This document shows positions 18,444 through 27,081 of a stretch of DNA of 64,000 bases, in pieces (position 1 is the first letter of the stretch; each line of letters opens with the position of its first letter). A program made the position numbers and the translations under genes. The DNA is from a bacterium (GTDB lineage: Bacteria > J088 > JAWLBW01). The stretch lies in NCBI GenBank assembly GCA_041690355.1, contig JAWLHK010000001.1, forward strand, positions 361,376 through 425,375, written 5' to 3'. Under the pieces are notes generated by a model. That model did not search any database, was not told the origin of the DNA, and saw only the letters and a program-made list of their open reading frames with translations.

Positions 18444-18467
18444 AAAGGGGGCCGAAGCCCCCTTTGC
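18444..18467 (-). terminator. Hairpin terminator downstream of the acyl-CoA ligase gene
   Basis: GGGGGC-CGAA-GCCCCC stem-loop flanked by an A-tract on one side and TTTG on the other. Confidence 0.6.
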
Positions 18468-18488
18468 GTGCACCCTTGCGGAGGCGCG

Positions 18489-20297
18489 TCAGACCGAGGC
18501 CTTGCTCGTGTACAGCTTTTCGATGACGTCGCCGTACTTCTCGAGCACCGCGCGGCGCTTCACCTTGAGCGTCGGCGTCAACATGCCGTTCTCGGTCGTG
18601 AACTCTTCGTGCAGCAGTGCGAAGTTCTGAATCTTCTCGAAATTCTTGAACCCTTCGCTCAGGCTGCGGATGTCCTGATCGACCGCCTTGCGCACCGCCG
18701 GCTCGTCGGCCAGCTGGGCCAGCGACTTGCCGCCCAGGCCGTTTTTCTCTGCCCAGTCGGGAAGGTTATCGCTGTTCAGCACGATGAGCGCCACGTTGTA
18801 GGGCTTGTTCTGGCCGTGAATGAAGGCCTGGCCGATGAGCGGGCTCAGCTTGAGCTGCTCTTCGAGGGGCGCCGGGGCCACGTACTTGCCGTTTTCGAGC
18901 TTGTACTGCTCCTTCACGCGGCCGGTGATGTGCAGGTAGCCTTCGCTGTCGACGTACCCCAGATCGCCGGTGCGGAAACCGCCGTCGGGGAGCATGACCT
19001 TCTCCGTTTCTTCGGGGCGCTTGTAGTACCCCTGCATGACGCAGTGCCCCTTGATGACGATCTCGCCCTGCCCTTCAGGCGCCGCGTCGACCGGAAGGAT
19101 CGAAATCTGCACCCCCGGGATCGGCGTGCCGACCGTGCCGATGCGCACGGCGTCGGGGCGGTTGAACGTGGCGGCCGGGCTGGTCTCGGTCAGGCCGTAC
19201 CCTTCGCAGACCGTAATCCCCACATGCGAGACGAAGCGCGCGACTTCGGGCGACAGGGCCGCCGCGCCGCTGACGGCGAACTTCAGGTTGCCGCCCAGTG
19301 CCGCGCGGATCTTGGAGAAGACCAGCTTGTCGAGGACGCGGTGCTGCAGGATCGTCAGCGGATTACGGCTCCCCTGCTCGAGTTCGGTCGCGACGGCGAG
19401 CGCGCGGTTGAACAGTTTGAGCTTCAGGCCGCCCGCATCGGCCATCTTCTTGTGCAGGCTGGCGTAGACCTTGTTCCACACGCGCGGAACGCTGTAGAGA
19501 ATCGTCGGCCGGATTTCGGCGAGGTTGGCGAGCAGCGTCGTCGGCGATTCGGCGAGCGAAACGGTTCCGCCGATGCTGAAGAGCAGGTAGAGCTCGGCCA
19601 CCTGGCCGAAGGCGTGGGCCCAGGGGAGAAACGCGAGCGACGTTTCGCCCTGCTCGTCGATGGGAAACACGGCCAGAATGGCATTGATGTTGTCGACGAT
19701 ATTGCCGTGCGACAGCATGACCCCCTTGGGCTGGCCCGTCGTGCCCGAGGTATAGATGAACGTGGCCATGTCGGCGGGCGTCACGGCGGCGATCGGCGCC
19801 GGATTCTGACGCCCCTTGTCGAGCAGGTCGGCGTAGGCGACGGTCCCTTCGGGAACACCGCCTTCGGCCGGATGGAGCACGACGATGTGCTGCACCGACT
19901 CGACGCTCTGCTTGATGGGAAGGCACTTTTCGGCAATCGCCTTACGGGCGGCGAGAATCACCTTGGCGCCGCTGTCGCCGATGATGAATTCCCATTCCTT
20001 GGGAAGCTGCGCCTCGTACATCGGCACGTAGATGGCGCCGAGCGTGAAGGTCGCGAAGGCCATGACCGCCCACTCGGTGCAGTTGTCGGCGATGGCCGCG
20101 ACGCGATCACCCTTCTGCACGCCGAGGGAGGCAAGCCCGCCGCGGGCCGCATCGACCATGCGGCCGAATTCCTCGTACGAAATGTACTGCCAGGTTCCCT
20201 GCTTCTTTTCGCCGAGGAAGCGGCGGGCGGCATGGTCCTTGACGGTTTTCTGGAAGAGGTCGGGAAGGGTGTCAAAGCGACGAACCATGGTTTCCAT
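18489..20297 (-). CDS. Long-chain fatty-acid--CoA ligase (AMP-dependent synthetase)
   Basis: YTSGTTGQPKGVMLSHGNI AMP-binding motif. The start was moved to an internal ATG preceded by GAGGA; the 15 codons upstream lack an RBS. Confidence 0.85.
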   Translation of the reverse strand: METMVRRFDTLPDLFQKTVKDHAARRFLGEKKQGTWQYISYEEFGRMVDAARGGLASLGVQKGDRVAAIADNCTEWAVMAFATFTLGAIYVPMYEAQLPKEWEFIIGDSGAKVILAARKAIAEKCLPIKQSVESVQHIVVLHPAEGGVPEGTVAYADLLDKGRQNPAPIAAVTPADMATFIYTSGTTGQPKGVMLSHGNIVDNINAILAVFPIDEQGETSLAFLPWAHAFGQVAELYLLFSIGGTVSLAESPTTLLANLAEIRPTILYSVPRVWNKVYASLHKKMADAGGLKLKLFNRALAVATELEQGSRNPLTILQHRVLDKLVFSKIRAALGGNLKFAVSGAAALSPEVARFVSHVGITVCEGYGLTETSPAATFNRPDAVRIGTVGTPIPGVQISILPVDAAPEGQGEIVIKGHCVMQGYYKRPEETEKVMLPDGGFRTGDLGYVDSEGYLHITGRVKEQYKLENGKYVAPAPLEEQLKLSPLIGQAFIHGQNKPYNVALIVLNSDNLPDWAEKNGLGGKSLAQLADEPAVRKAVDQDIRSLSEGFKNFEKIQNFALLHEEFTTENGMLTPTLKVKRRAVLEKYGDVIEKLYTSKASV

Positions 20298-20554
20298 GGA
20301 ATTCCTCACATAGGGAAAGTTGGGACGCGGGCCGCGCGGCAAGGCTCACCGAGCCGGCCGACCAGAATCATACGGGGCACCCCGGTGAACCGGGCGCGGC
20401 TCGTGGCGGGGTAAAAACCGTATCATCCTACTGCAACCCGCCTCCAGCGTCAACGCGTAAACGTCCATTTTCGCCGCGGATTTCAGGGCGAGAACCCTCC
20501 CGGGAACCGCCCGCCTCCCGGGCGCGAAGCTCTGCGGCCCCGCCGGCGGCGGCC

Positions 20555-20560
20555 TATAAT
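20555..20560 (+). promoter_or_regulatory. Consensus -10 box (TATAAT) 6 nt upstream of the isoaspartyl peptidase ATG, implying a leaderless or near-leaderless mRNA
   Basis: GGCCTATAATGCCCGTATG. Confidence 0.4.
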
Positions 20561-20566
20561 GCCCGT

Positions 20567-21481
20567 ATGCGGGTTCTCGTCGTCCATGGCGGCGCCGGCG
20601 CGTGGCAGGCCGCCGATGCGGCCGCGGCGCGCGAGGGAGTGCGGCGGGCAGCCGTGGCGGGGCGCGAGCAGCTCGCCGGCGGATCCAGCGCCCTCGAAGC
20701 GGTCGCGGCAGCCGTCTGCGTGCTCGAAGACGACCCGCTGTTCAACGCCGGCACCGGGTCGTGCCTCGACGCGGAGGGGAACATCAGTATGGATGCCTCC
20801 ATCATGCGCGGCCACGACCGCGGCGTCGGCGGCGTGGCCGCCCTCCGGGACGTACGCCATCCCGTCCTGGTCGCCCGGGCCGTGCTCGAGACGACCGAGC
20901 ATGTTCTGCTCGGGGGCGAGGGGGCGCTCCGGTTCGCGCGCGCCCACGGGTTCGACGCGTGGAATCCCGAATCCCCCGCCCGCCGCGCCGCCTGGGAGCG
21001 GAGGCGCGCAGATCCCGCCGGCGGGAGCGGTGACCCTCCGCCGGGGACGGTCGGCGCCGTGGCCCTCGACGACCGGGGCCGCCTGGCCGCCGCGACCTCG
21101 ACCGGCGGCCTCACCAGAAAACTCCCCGGCCGCATCGGCGACAGCCCCATTCCCGGCGCCGGCAACTACGCCACCGACAGAGCGGCGGCCAGCCTGACCG
21201 GACATGGCGAGTACATGCTGCGTCTGCTCAGCGCCGCCGAGTTCTGCCACCGGGTTGCACAGGGGGCCGCGCCGGCCGCGGCCGCCGCAGAAACCCTCGA
21301 CAGTCTGCGGGCCGCGTTCGGACCCGGCGGCGCCGGCACGGGCATCATCGGCGTCGATCGCGCGGGCGGCGTCGGCGTCGCCCATGGCACCCCGGCGATG
21401 CCCCACGCAGTCTGGCGCAGCGGCGAGCCCCTGCGCGCAGCCTTCGCATGCGAGGATCCGGATGCCTGGTCCGAAAGCTGA
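20567..21481 (+). CDS. Isoaspartyl peptidase / L-asparaginase (Ntn hydrolase)
   Basis: GTVGAVALD with the Thr nucleophile. STGG motif. HGGAGA N-terminus. Confidence 0.8.
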   Translation: MRVLVVHGGAGAWQAADAAAAREGVRRAAVAGREQLAGGSSALEAVAAAVCVLEDDPLFNAGTGSCLDAEGNISMDASIMRGHDRGVGGVAALRDVRHPVLVARAVLETTEHVLLGGEGALRFARAHGFDAWNPESPARRAAWERRRADPAGGSGDPPPGTVGAVALDDRGRLAAATSTGGLTRKLPGRIGDSPIPGAGNYATDRAAASLTGHGEYMLRLLSAAEFCHRVAQGAAPAAAAAETLDSLRAAFGPGGAGTGIIGVDRAGGVGVAHGTPAMPHAVWRSGEPLRAAFACEDPDAWSES

Positions 21482-21545
21482 GCGCACCTCCCGGCGATCG
21501 GCGCCAACTCTGCGCCGGAAGAGGCCTTCTGCTACAATTGGACCT

Positions 21546-22862
21546 ATGCGTCGGACCGTGCGGCATTGGGTCGAATCCCTGCAGATCCTCGAGAAAATCG
21601 GGACGAGCGACGGCCTGCGCGCGTTTGTCGATGACGGGGTCGACTGCGGCTTCTCGCGGCAGGAGATTGCCGACCTGTATGCGACCTTCTTCGAAGATCG
21701 CCTCGCCGAAGCGCTGGCGCTCGCCGTCGTGCACGGCGACTATCCGGGCGACAACGAATTCACCCGCCGGCTGCGCGAAGTGCTTCTGCTGCCGCAGCAG
21801 ATGTTCCAGAAAGGCAAAGCGGGCCGCCGCTCCCTCCCCGTCCACAACGAATTTTTCCAGTGCTTCCGCGAGGCAACGGTCGCCGTCGAAGGCTCCTTCC
21901 ACCGCTTCGTCGAGGGCGACTACGATTCGTCGCGCTGGGTCAGCACGCTCATCCGCGAAGCCTACGAGGCCATGCTCCAGGGCAACCTCGCGCGCGCCTA
22001 CGATCGCCTGACCAGCGCGGGCGCCCGGGTGCTCGAAGGCGATTATCTGGCCCATCCCACCGAGTGGATGGAAACCGACCCGCTCTACAGCTGGCTGCTC
22101 GGGCTCGAGCGCATGGCCCACGTCGTGCGCGGGCTCGAAGGCTGGCAGGGGGGGCGGTTCGAGCACTGGCCCGACCGGCGCCGGCAGGTTGCCCGCCGCG
22201 TCGACCCGCTCCCCGAGACCGAGATGACGCCCGCGCGCAAGTCGGTGCTGCGCCTCCTCAACGAAGAAGAGTTCGATCGGGCCGAGTTCACGCGCATGCG
22301 CCGCAACCGGAAGTGGATTGGCCCGGAGCTGCTGCGCCTTCTGCGCATGCCCGATGACGACACGACGACGCTCGTCATCCGCAACGCGGTGCGCAGCCTC
22401 GGGGCCGTCGCCTACGAGCCGGCCGTCGACGATCTGCTCGGCCTGCTGATGCGCTCGGGCCTCAGCGACGACGAAGACGCCGACGGCTACGTCGCCGCGT
22501 GCGAAGAAGCCCTGATGGCCTACGGCCCCGGCTTGAAAGAGAAACTTTTTCATCACCTCGAGCTCGCCTTCGTCGATCGGCAGCGCATTGCGCTCGCCCG
22601 CGTTCTCAGCGCCATCCCCGACGACGACGAGGTCATGACCGTTCTCGAAGAGCTCACGGCCGACATGGGCGACGAGGGCGACCGCGTCTCCATGCTCTCG
22701 ATCATCGCCGACTACCGACACCGCCGCAGCCGGCCGTTTCTCAGATCACAGATGCGTGCCGCTGAGCGGTCGGGCCAGATCGCCCTGTCGCGCTATCTGG
22801 GGGATCTCGTCCGTCCGCGGCGCCGGAACAACGTGCGCACCGCTCCCCGAAACACCCTGTGA
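21546..22862 (+). CDS. Hypothetical protein with C-terminal HEAT/PBS-lyase-like repeats
   Basis: Start at an internal ATG of ORF 21204..22862. C-terminal repeats of the type AVRSLGAVAYEPAVDDLLGLL. Confidence 0.5.
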   Translation: MRRTVRHWVESLQILEKIGTSDGLRAFVDDGVDCGFSRQEIADLYATFFEDRLAEALALAVVHGDYPGDNEFTRRLREVLLLPQQMFQKGKAGRRSLPVHNEFFQCFREATVAVEGSFHRFVEGDYDSSRWVSTLIREAYEAMLQGNLARAYDRLTSAGARVLEGDYLAHPTEWMETDPLYSWLLGLERMAHVVRGLEGWQGGRFEHWPDRRRQVARRVDPLPETEMTPARKSVLRLLNEEEFDRAEFTRMRRNRKWIGPELLRLLRMPDDDTTTLVIRNAVRSLGAVAYEPAVDDLLGLLMRSGLSDDEDADGYVAACEEALMAYGPGLKEKLFHHLELAFVDRQRIALARVLSAIPDDDEVMTVLEELTADMGDEGDRVSMLSIIADYRHRRSRPFLRSQMRAAERSGQIALSRYLGDLVRPRRRNNVRTAPRNTL

Positions 22863-24001
22863 TCGCCACATCCCGCAAGGCCCCTGCGGCGCTCCAGCGC
22901 GCGCGGCAGTTTACCGAAGAAGCGCTGACCGAGGGGGCGTTTCCCGGAGCGCAGGTTCTGGTCGCCCGCGAAGGCGAAGTCCTCTGGCACGAAACGTTCG
23001 GCCACGCCGTGCTCGAGCCCGCCGCGGAGCGGATGAACGAGACGACGCTCATCGACACGGCTTCGCTCACGAAGGCGCTCGTGACGGCCACGGCCGCGGC
23101 CCAGCTCGTCGGCGCGGGCGCGGTGAGCCTCGAGTCGCGGCTCGGCGACATGTATCCGCCCGCGCGGGGGACCGACAAAGAAGGGCTCACGCTGCGCGAC
23201 CTGCTCGCGCATCAGGCCGGGTTTCCGCTCTACGTCCCTTACTGGCGCGAGATCATCGTTCGCTATTCCGACTTCCACGCGCTCCCCTGGACCGCCCTGC
23301 GCCAGGAAATCGTCGGACGGATCCTTCACGAGCCGCTGGCGAGCCGGCCCGGCGAAAAGCAGCAGTACTCCGACTTCGATTTCATTCTGCTTGGCGAAGC
23401 CCTCGCGCACGTCGCCGGGATGCCGCTCGACGCCTGGTTTGCAGAGCAGATCGCGGCCCCCCTGGGCATCGCGGCGCGCTTCGTGCGTCTGCCCGCCGAC
23501 GACGAGCCGCCGGTTCCCGGCCGCTTCGCCGCCACCGAACGCTGCCCGTGGCGGGGCGAAGTGCTCTGCGGCGCGGTACACGACGACCACGCCTACCTCA
23601 TGGGCGGGGTGGGCGGACACGCCGGGCTCTTCGCCTCGGCCGCCGACGTCTACGCCATTACCGAAGCCTGGCGCCGCGCCTGGCACGGCGCCGAGGGAAT
23701 TCTGAAGCCCCAGGCCGCGCGCATGTTCTGGACGAAGCCGGTCGAGGCGCCCGGATTCACCTGGACGCTCGGCTGGGACACGCCGACGCCGGGCGAGAGC
23801 ACGTCGGGAAGCCACTTTTCTGCGCGCTCGGTCGGACACCTGGGCTTCACGGGATCAAGCATCTGGATCGACCTCGAGCGCGACATCACCGTCATTCTGC
23901 TCACGAACCGCATCCATCCGCTGCGCTCGAACCTGGGCATCAAGGCCTTTCGCCCGGCCTTTCACGACCGGGTCATGCAAGGTCTGCTCGACGCCGGCTG
24001 A
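22859..24001 (+). CDS. Serine hydrolase of the beta-lactamase / PBP4-like family
   Basis: ASLTK (SxxK) motif. GTG start overlapping the upstream stop (GTGA). Confidence 0.75.
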   Translation: MIATSRKAPAALQRARQFTEEALTEGAFPGAQVLVAREGEVLWHETFGHAVLEPAAERMNETTLIDTASLTKALVTATAAAQLVGAGAVSLESRLGDMYPPARGTDKEGLTLRDLLAHQAGFPLYVPYWREIIVRYSDFHALPWTALRQEIVGRILHEPLASRPGEKQQYSDFDFILLGEALAHVAGMPLDAWFAEQIAAPLGIAARFVRLPADDEPPVPGRFAATERCPWRGEVLCGAVHDDHAYLMGGVGGHAGLFASAADVYAITEAWRRAWHGAEGILKPQAARMFWTKPVEAPGFTWTLGWDTPTPGESTSGSHFSARSVGHLGFTGSSIWIDLERDITVILLTNRIHPLRSNLGIKAFRPAFHDRVMQGLLDAG

Positions 24002-24051
24002 CGCCTTCGCACGGGGGCGCCGGGCCGAAGGGCGGCGGGCCGACGTTGGGG

Positions 24052-24057
24052 TATAAT
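24052..24057 (+). promoter_or_regulatory. Consensus -10 box (TATAAT) 9 nt upstream of the glycosyltransferase ATG (leaderless candidate)
   Basis: GGGGTATAATGACGCTTCCATG. Confidence 0.4.
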
Positions 24058-24066
24058 GACGCTTCC

Positions 24067-25311
24067 ATGACGAAACGGCGCGTTTTCCTCCTCGCCTACT
24101 ACTTTCCCCCCGTCGGCGGCATCGGCGCCCATCGCGCGACCAAGTTCGCACGTTATCTGCCCGACTACGGCTGGGAGCCGACCGTCTTTCACGCCGGTAA
24201 GGGGAACCTGTACGTGCAGGATCCCTCGCTGCTTGCCGAGGTGCCCCCCGCGGTGCGCCGGATTCCCGTGCGCACCTGGGAAGCCGCGGCCGTGCGGCGC
24301 GCCCTCGATCGGATGCGCCTGCGGTTTCTCTCCTACCGCATTCCACAGACGTTTCCGGTCGACGGCCAGATCGGCTGGGTGCCTGCCCTGGTGCGCGCCG
24401 TGCTCGACGAAGCCGCGCGCAGCGGACCGCCCGACGTGCTCTTCAGCACCTCGGCCCCCTTCTCGGCCACCGTAGCCGGCCTGCGCCTGCAGAAGAAGCT
24501 TGGCGTTCCCTGGGTGGCCGACTTCCGCGATGACTGGACGCGCAATCCGAACATGCCGTTTCTCACCCCCGCGCACAGGGCGCTCGCCCGCAAAGTCGAG
24601 CGCGAGGTGATGCAGCGCGCCGACGCCGTCACCACGGTGACCGACAGCTGGGTGCGCGCCTACCAGGCCGACCGGCCGGCCGCATGCCGTCCGGTCGAGC
24701 TGGTGGGCAACGGGTACGACGAAAACGACTTCTGCGCGGAACCCGAGGCGCGGCCGACGGACCGGTGGACCCTCGCCTTCGTGGGAACGGCCTATCCGCT
24801 CACCGATCCGGCGCCGGTGCTCGAAGCGCTCGCCCAACAGGTGCGCGCGGGAAAGATTCCGGGCGACCGGGTGCGCGTCGTCCACGTCGGCCACGGCGAC
24901 GTGCGCTGGCCGGCCGACGCAGGGTACGAGACCGTCGCCACCGGATTTCAGCCGCACGGCGAGGCGGTGCGCTGGATGCAGAAAGCCCACGCGCTCATCT
25001 TCACGTACCACCGACCTGAGGCGAGCAGCGGGCGCATCTACGAATATCTGCGGGCGGGTCGGCCGATCGTCGGCATGGCCCCCGAAGGCGAAGCGAGCTC
25101 GCTGGTGCACGGCCTCGGCCGGGGCCGGATCTTCGCCCCCGAAGCGCGCGACGGCCTCGGCGCCGAGCTGGTGCGCATGTTCGACCAATGGCAGGGCGGA
25201 AACAGTCCGACCTACGAGCCCGACGATCGCATCCGCGCCCTGTCGCGCCAGGAGCAGACGCGGCGGCTCGCTTCCATCTTCGACGCGCTGGCCGCCCCCG
25301 CCGGCGTCTGA
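24067..25311 (+). CDS. Glycosyltransferase (GT4-like)
   Basis: FLLAYYFPPVGGIGAHR N-terminus typical of GT-B glycosyltransferases. Start is an internal ATG of a longer spurious ORF. TATAAT lies 10 nt upstream. Confidence 0.65.
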   Translation: MTKRRVFLLAYYFPPVGGIGAHRATKFARYLPDYGWEPTVFHAGKGNLYVQDPSLLAEVPPAVRRIPVRTWEAAAVRRALDRMRLRFLSYRIPQTFPVDGQIGWVPALVRAVLDEAARSGPPDVLFSTSAPFSATVAGLRLQKKLGVPWVADFRDDWTRNPNMPFLTPAHRALARKVEREVMQRADAVTTVTDSWVRAYQADRPAACRPVELVGNGYDENDFCAEPEARPTDRWTLAFVGTAYPLTDPAPVLEALAQQVRAGKIPGDRVRVVHVGHGDVRWPADAGYETVATGFQPHGEAVRWMQKAHALIFTYHRPEASSGRIYEYLRAGRPIVGMAPEGEASSLVHGLGRGRIFAPEARDGLGAELVRMFDQWQGGNSPTYEPDDRIRALSRQEQTRRLASIFDALAAPAGV

Positions 25312-25326
25312 TCAACCGGAGAGCGC

Positions 25327-25506
25327 ATGGCAGTGGAATACAAGGTCGCCGAAACGAGCGACGTCAGCGACAGCGGCCTCGAAAAGATTCTCAACCAGCT
25401 GACGGCGCAGGGCTGGGCCCTCGAAGGGATTCATTTCGCCATGCGCGACAACAGCCGCCGCCCGGCCATGGCCTTCGTCATCTTCTCGCGCGAGCGCGCG
25501 GATTGA
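25327..25506 (+). CDS. DUF4177-like small protein (59 aa)
   Basis: Not in the ORF track (<60 aa). MAVEYKVAE ... QGWALEGIHFA pattern typical of DUF4177. The stop codon is the first unit of a heptamer array. Confidence 0.45.
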   Translation: MAVEYKVAETSDVSDSGLEKILNQLTAQGWALEGIHFAMRDNSRRPAMAFVIFSRERAD

Positions 25507-25551
25507 TTCCTGATTCCGATTCCTGATTCCTGATTCCTGATTCTTGAGAGA
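25504..25551 (-). repeat. Heptanucleotide tandem array B copy (reverse orientation): about 7 units of TGATTCC
   Basis: tgattcc tgattcc gattcc tgattcc tgattcc tgattcc tgattct. Starts at the stop codon of the DUF4177-like gene. Read on the minus strand it is (GGAATCA)n. Confidence 0.8.
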
Positions 25552-25575
25552 CAAGGACTTGGACTGCCCGGGGTC

Positions 25576-25617
25576 CGTCACTCGTCACTCGCAACTCGCA
25601 ACTCGTAACTCGCCACT
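25576..25617 (-). repeat. Heptanucleotide tandem array A copy (reverse orientation): 6 units of GTCACTC / GCAACTC
   Basis: gtcactc gtcactc gcaactc gcaactc gtaactc gccactc. Abuts the stop codon of the minus-strand CTP_transf_1-family gene. Confidence 0.8.
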
Positions 25618-25621
25618 CCCC

Positions 25622-26599
25622 CTACAGCAGCAGCGCCCCCACGGCGGCGCAGACGAGTGGAATCGAGAGGTTATCGTCGACGCGGCTGCTGAGCAGTTCG
25701 GTCACGGCCCCCGCCGCGGCAATCCCGGCCGCAATGCCGAGCCCCGCCGCCACACCCAGAGCGGGCTGCGTCAGCAGCAGGAGGGCGCCGACCGAGATCA
25801 GGCCCGTGAAAAAGAAACCGAGCGTGCCCGCCCAGCTCTTGTCGCGGAAGAGTTTGCGCCGGCCCCAGCGCTTGCCGACAAGGGAGGCGATCGGGTCGCT
25901 GAAGCCGAGCACGAGCACGGCCGCCTCGACGGCGACCTTGGGAAAGAACCAGGTAATGATGATGAGCGCCAGCAGATAGAGCGTGGCCGAGTTGGTGCGG
26001 TAGCGCTCTGAAGGGCGGGATATCGAGCCGAAGACCTTGTCGACCAGAAAATCGTTCCAGCGGGTCGAGAAACGCCGCGTCACCTCGAGTACGAAGAAAA
26101 CCGAGAAGATCGTGCCCAGCACCATCAGCGCGCTCTCGCGAGTCAGCACGAAGTGATAGAGCGTGAAGGCAATCACGCCGTTGGACATGTGGAAAAGGTT
26201 CCGCACGTAGTTCGTCGGCTTGAGCTGACGGGAGAGCCCCAGGGCCGCGGCGCGTTCGGCATGGCGCTTCTTGAGCTCAAGCAGCAGCTCTTCGTAGCTC
26301 CGCGCCAGACGCTCCTTGCGTTCCTTCAACGCCTGCACGTTGGGCGATTCGGCGAGCGTGTCGCTGTAGGCGCGCATGCGATCGGCGAGCTCCCGCAGTT
26401 TCTCCAGGCTCGACGCGGGTCCCGCGCCGGCCGTAAAAGCGGCTATCCGGCCGGCCAGGTCATCGCCGACCGCGCGCACGCGTTCACTCCACCGGCGGTC
26501 GGCGGTGCGGGGCTGCTGGATTCCGTCGATGTACTCCCTGACCTGATCGATCAGGGCTTCGATGGCTTCGAATTCGTGGGCGTTCGACGAGGCCGTCAT
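25622..26599 (-). CDS. CTP_transf_1-family membrane protein (CdsA / dolichol-kinase-like) with an N-terminal soluble domain
   Basis: C-terminal GKRWGRRKLFRDKSWAGTLGFFFTGL motif. Start at an ATG preceded by GGGAGAA; the longer G/P/R-rich N-terminal extension was rejected. Confidence 0.6.
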   Translation of the reverse strand: MTASSNAHEFEAIEALIDQVREYIDGIQQPRTADRRWSERVRAVGDDLAGRIAAFTAGAGPASSLEKLRELADRMRAYSDTLAESPNVQALKERKERLARSYEELLLELKKRHAERAAALGLSRQLKPTNYVRNLFHMSNGVIAFTLYHFVLTRESALMVLGTIFSVFFVLEVTRRFSTRWNDFLVDKVFGSISRPSERYRTNSATLYLLALIIITWFFPKVAVEAAVLVLGFSDPIASLVGKRWGRRKLFRDKSWAGTLGFFFTGLISVGALLLLTQPALGVAAGLGIAAGIAAAGAVTELLSSRVDDNLSIPLVCAAVGALLL

Positions 26600-27081
26600 G
26601 TTTTCTCCCTGCAGTGCGGCAGCGCCGGAGGGCGGATCTGAGGCGGATCCTCCCGAGGCGGCGCCCCCGAGAAAGGGTACCACGTTCGGGCCCGTCCGTC
26701 CCAGAAGGGGGCGGCTCTCGCCGGAGCCCCCGATTCCCCGACGGTCGCACCGTGGCGCGCAAGTCCGCGCAAGGCCGACGGCGGGGGCAATGAGGCCCCC
26801 CGAGCCGCGGTTTCCGGGCACCCCGAACCGCCTCCCGGACGGCCCGGCGACCGGCTCCGGCACGCTTCCGGACGTTTGCAAAGGGGGCGCCCGGCGTGGT
26901 ACCATGTAACGATCAACAAATCACGACATTTTTTTCGTAATTAGAACAGGATTTACACTCCCCGACCGGCAGATCGCCATCAACTTTCCCGCCGGGAACG
27001 TATCTCCGGCCTGCCCTCGGCCTCCCCGGCGCCCCTCGGCAGTCCGGGGCTCCGACTGATGAAATCCACTTCGAGCCACAC

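Noticed and set aside
18468-20414. 648-aa plus-strand ORF
   Set aside because: It is antisense to the acyl-CoA ligase gene, which has clear AMP-binding motifs. The opposite frame is therefore spurious.
20483-21487. 334-aa minus-strand ORF opposite the isoaspartyl peptidase gene
   Set aside because: Antisense to a gene with a clear Ntn-hydrolase signature. Low complexity.
22756-25311. 851-aa ORF spanning the beta-lactamase-like and glycosyltransferase genes
   Set aside because: Its 5' two-thirds is an alternate frame over the serine-hydrolase gene with an Arg/Gly/Pro-rich composition typical of spurious ORFs in 70% GC DNA. Only the 3' part (24067-25311) has protein-like sequence.
5451-25575. 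Shared core between the two A/B elements (aaggaccttgg versus aaggacttgg)
   Set aside because: The match is only about 10 nt and partly palindromic, which is too short to distinguish from chance.
26599-26905. N-terminal extension of the CTP_transf_1-family gene (ORF-track start 26905)
   Set aside because: The extension is G/P/R/S low-complexity with no RBS, whereas the internal ATG has GGGAGAA at ideal spacing.
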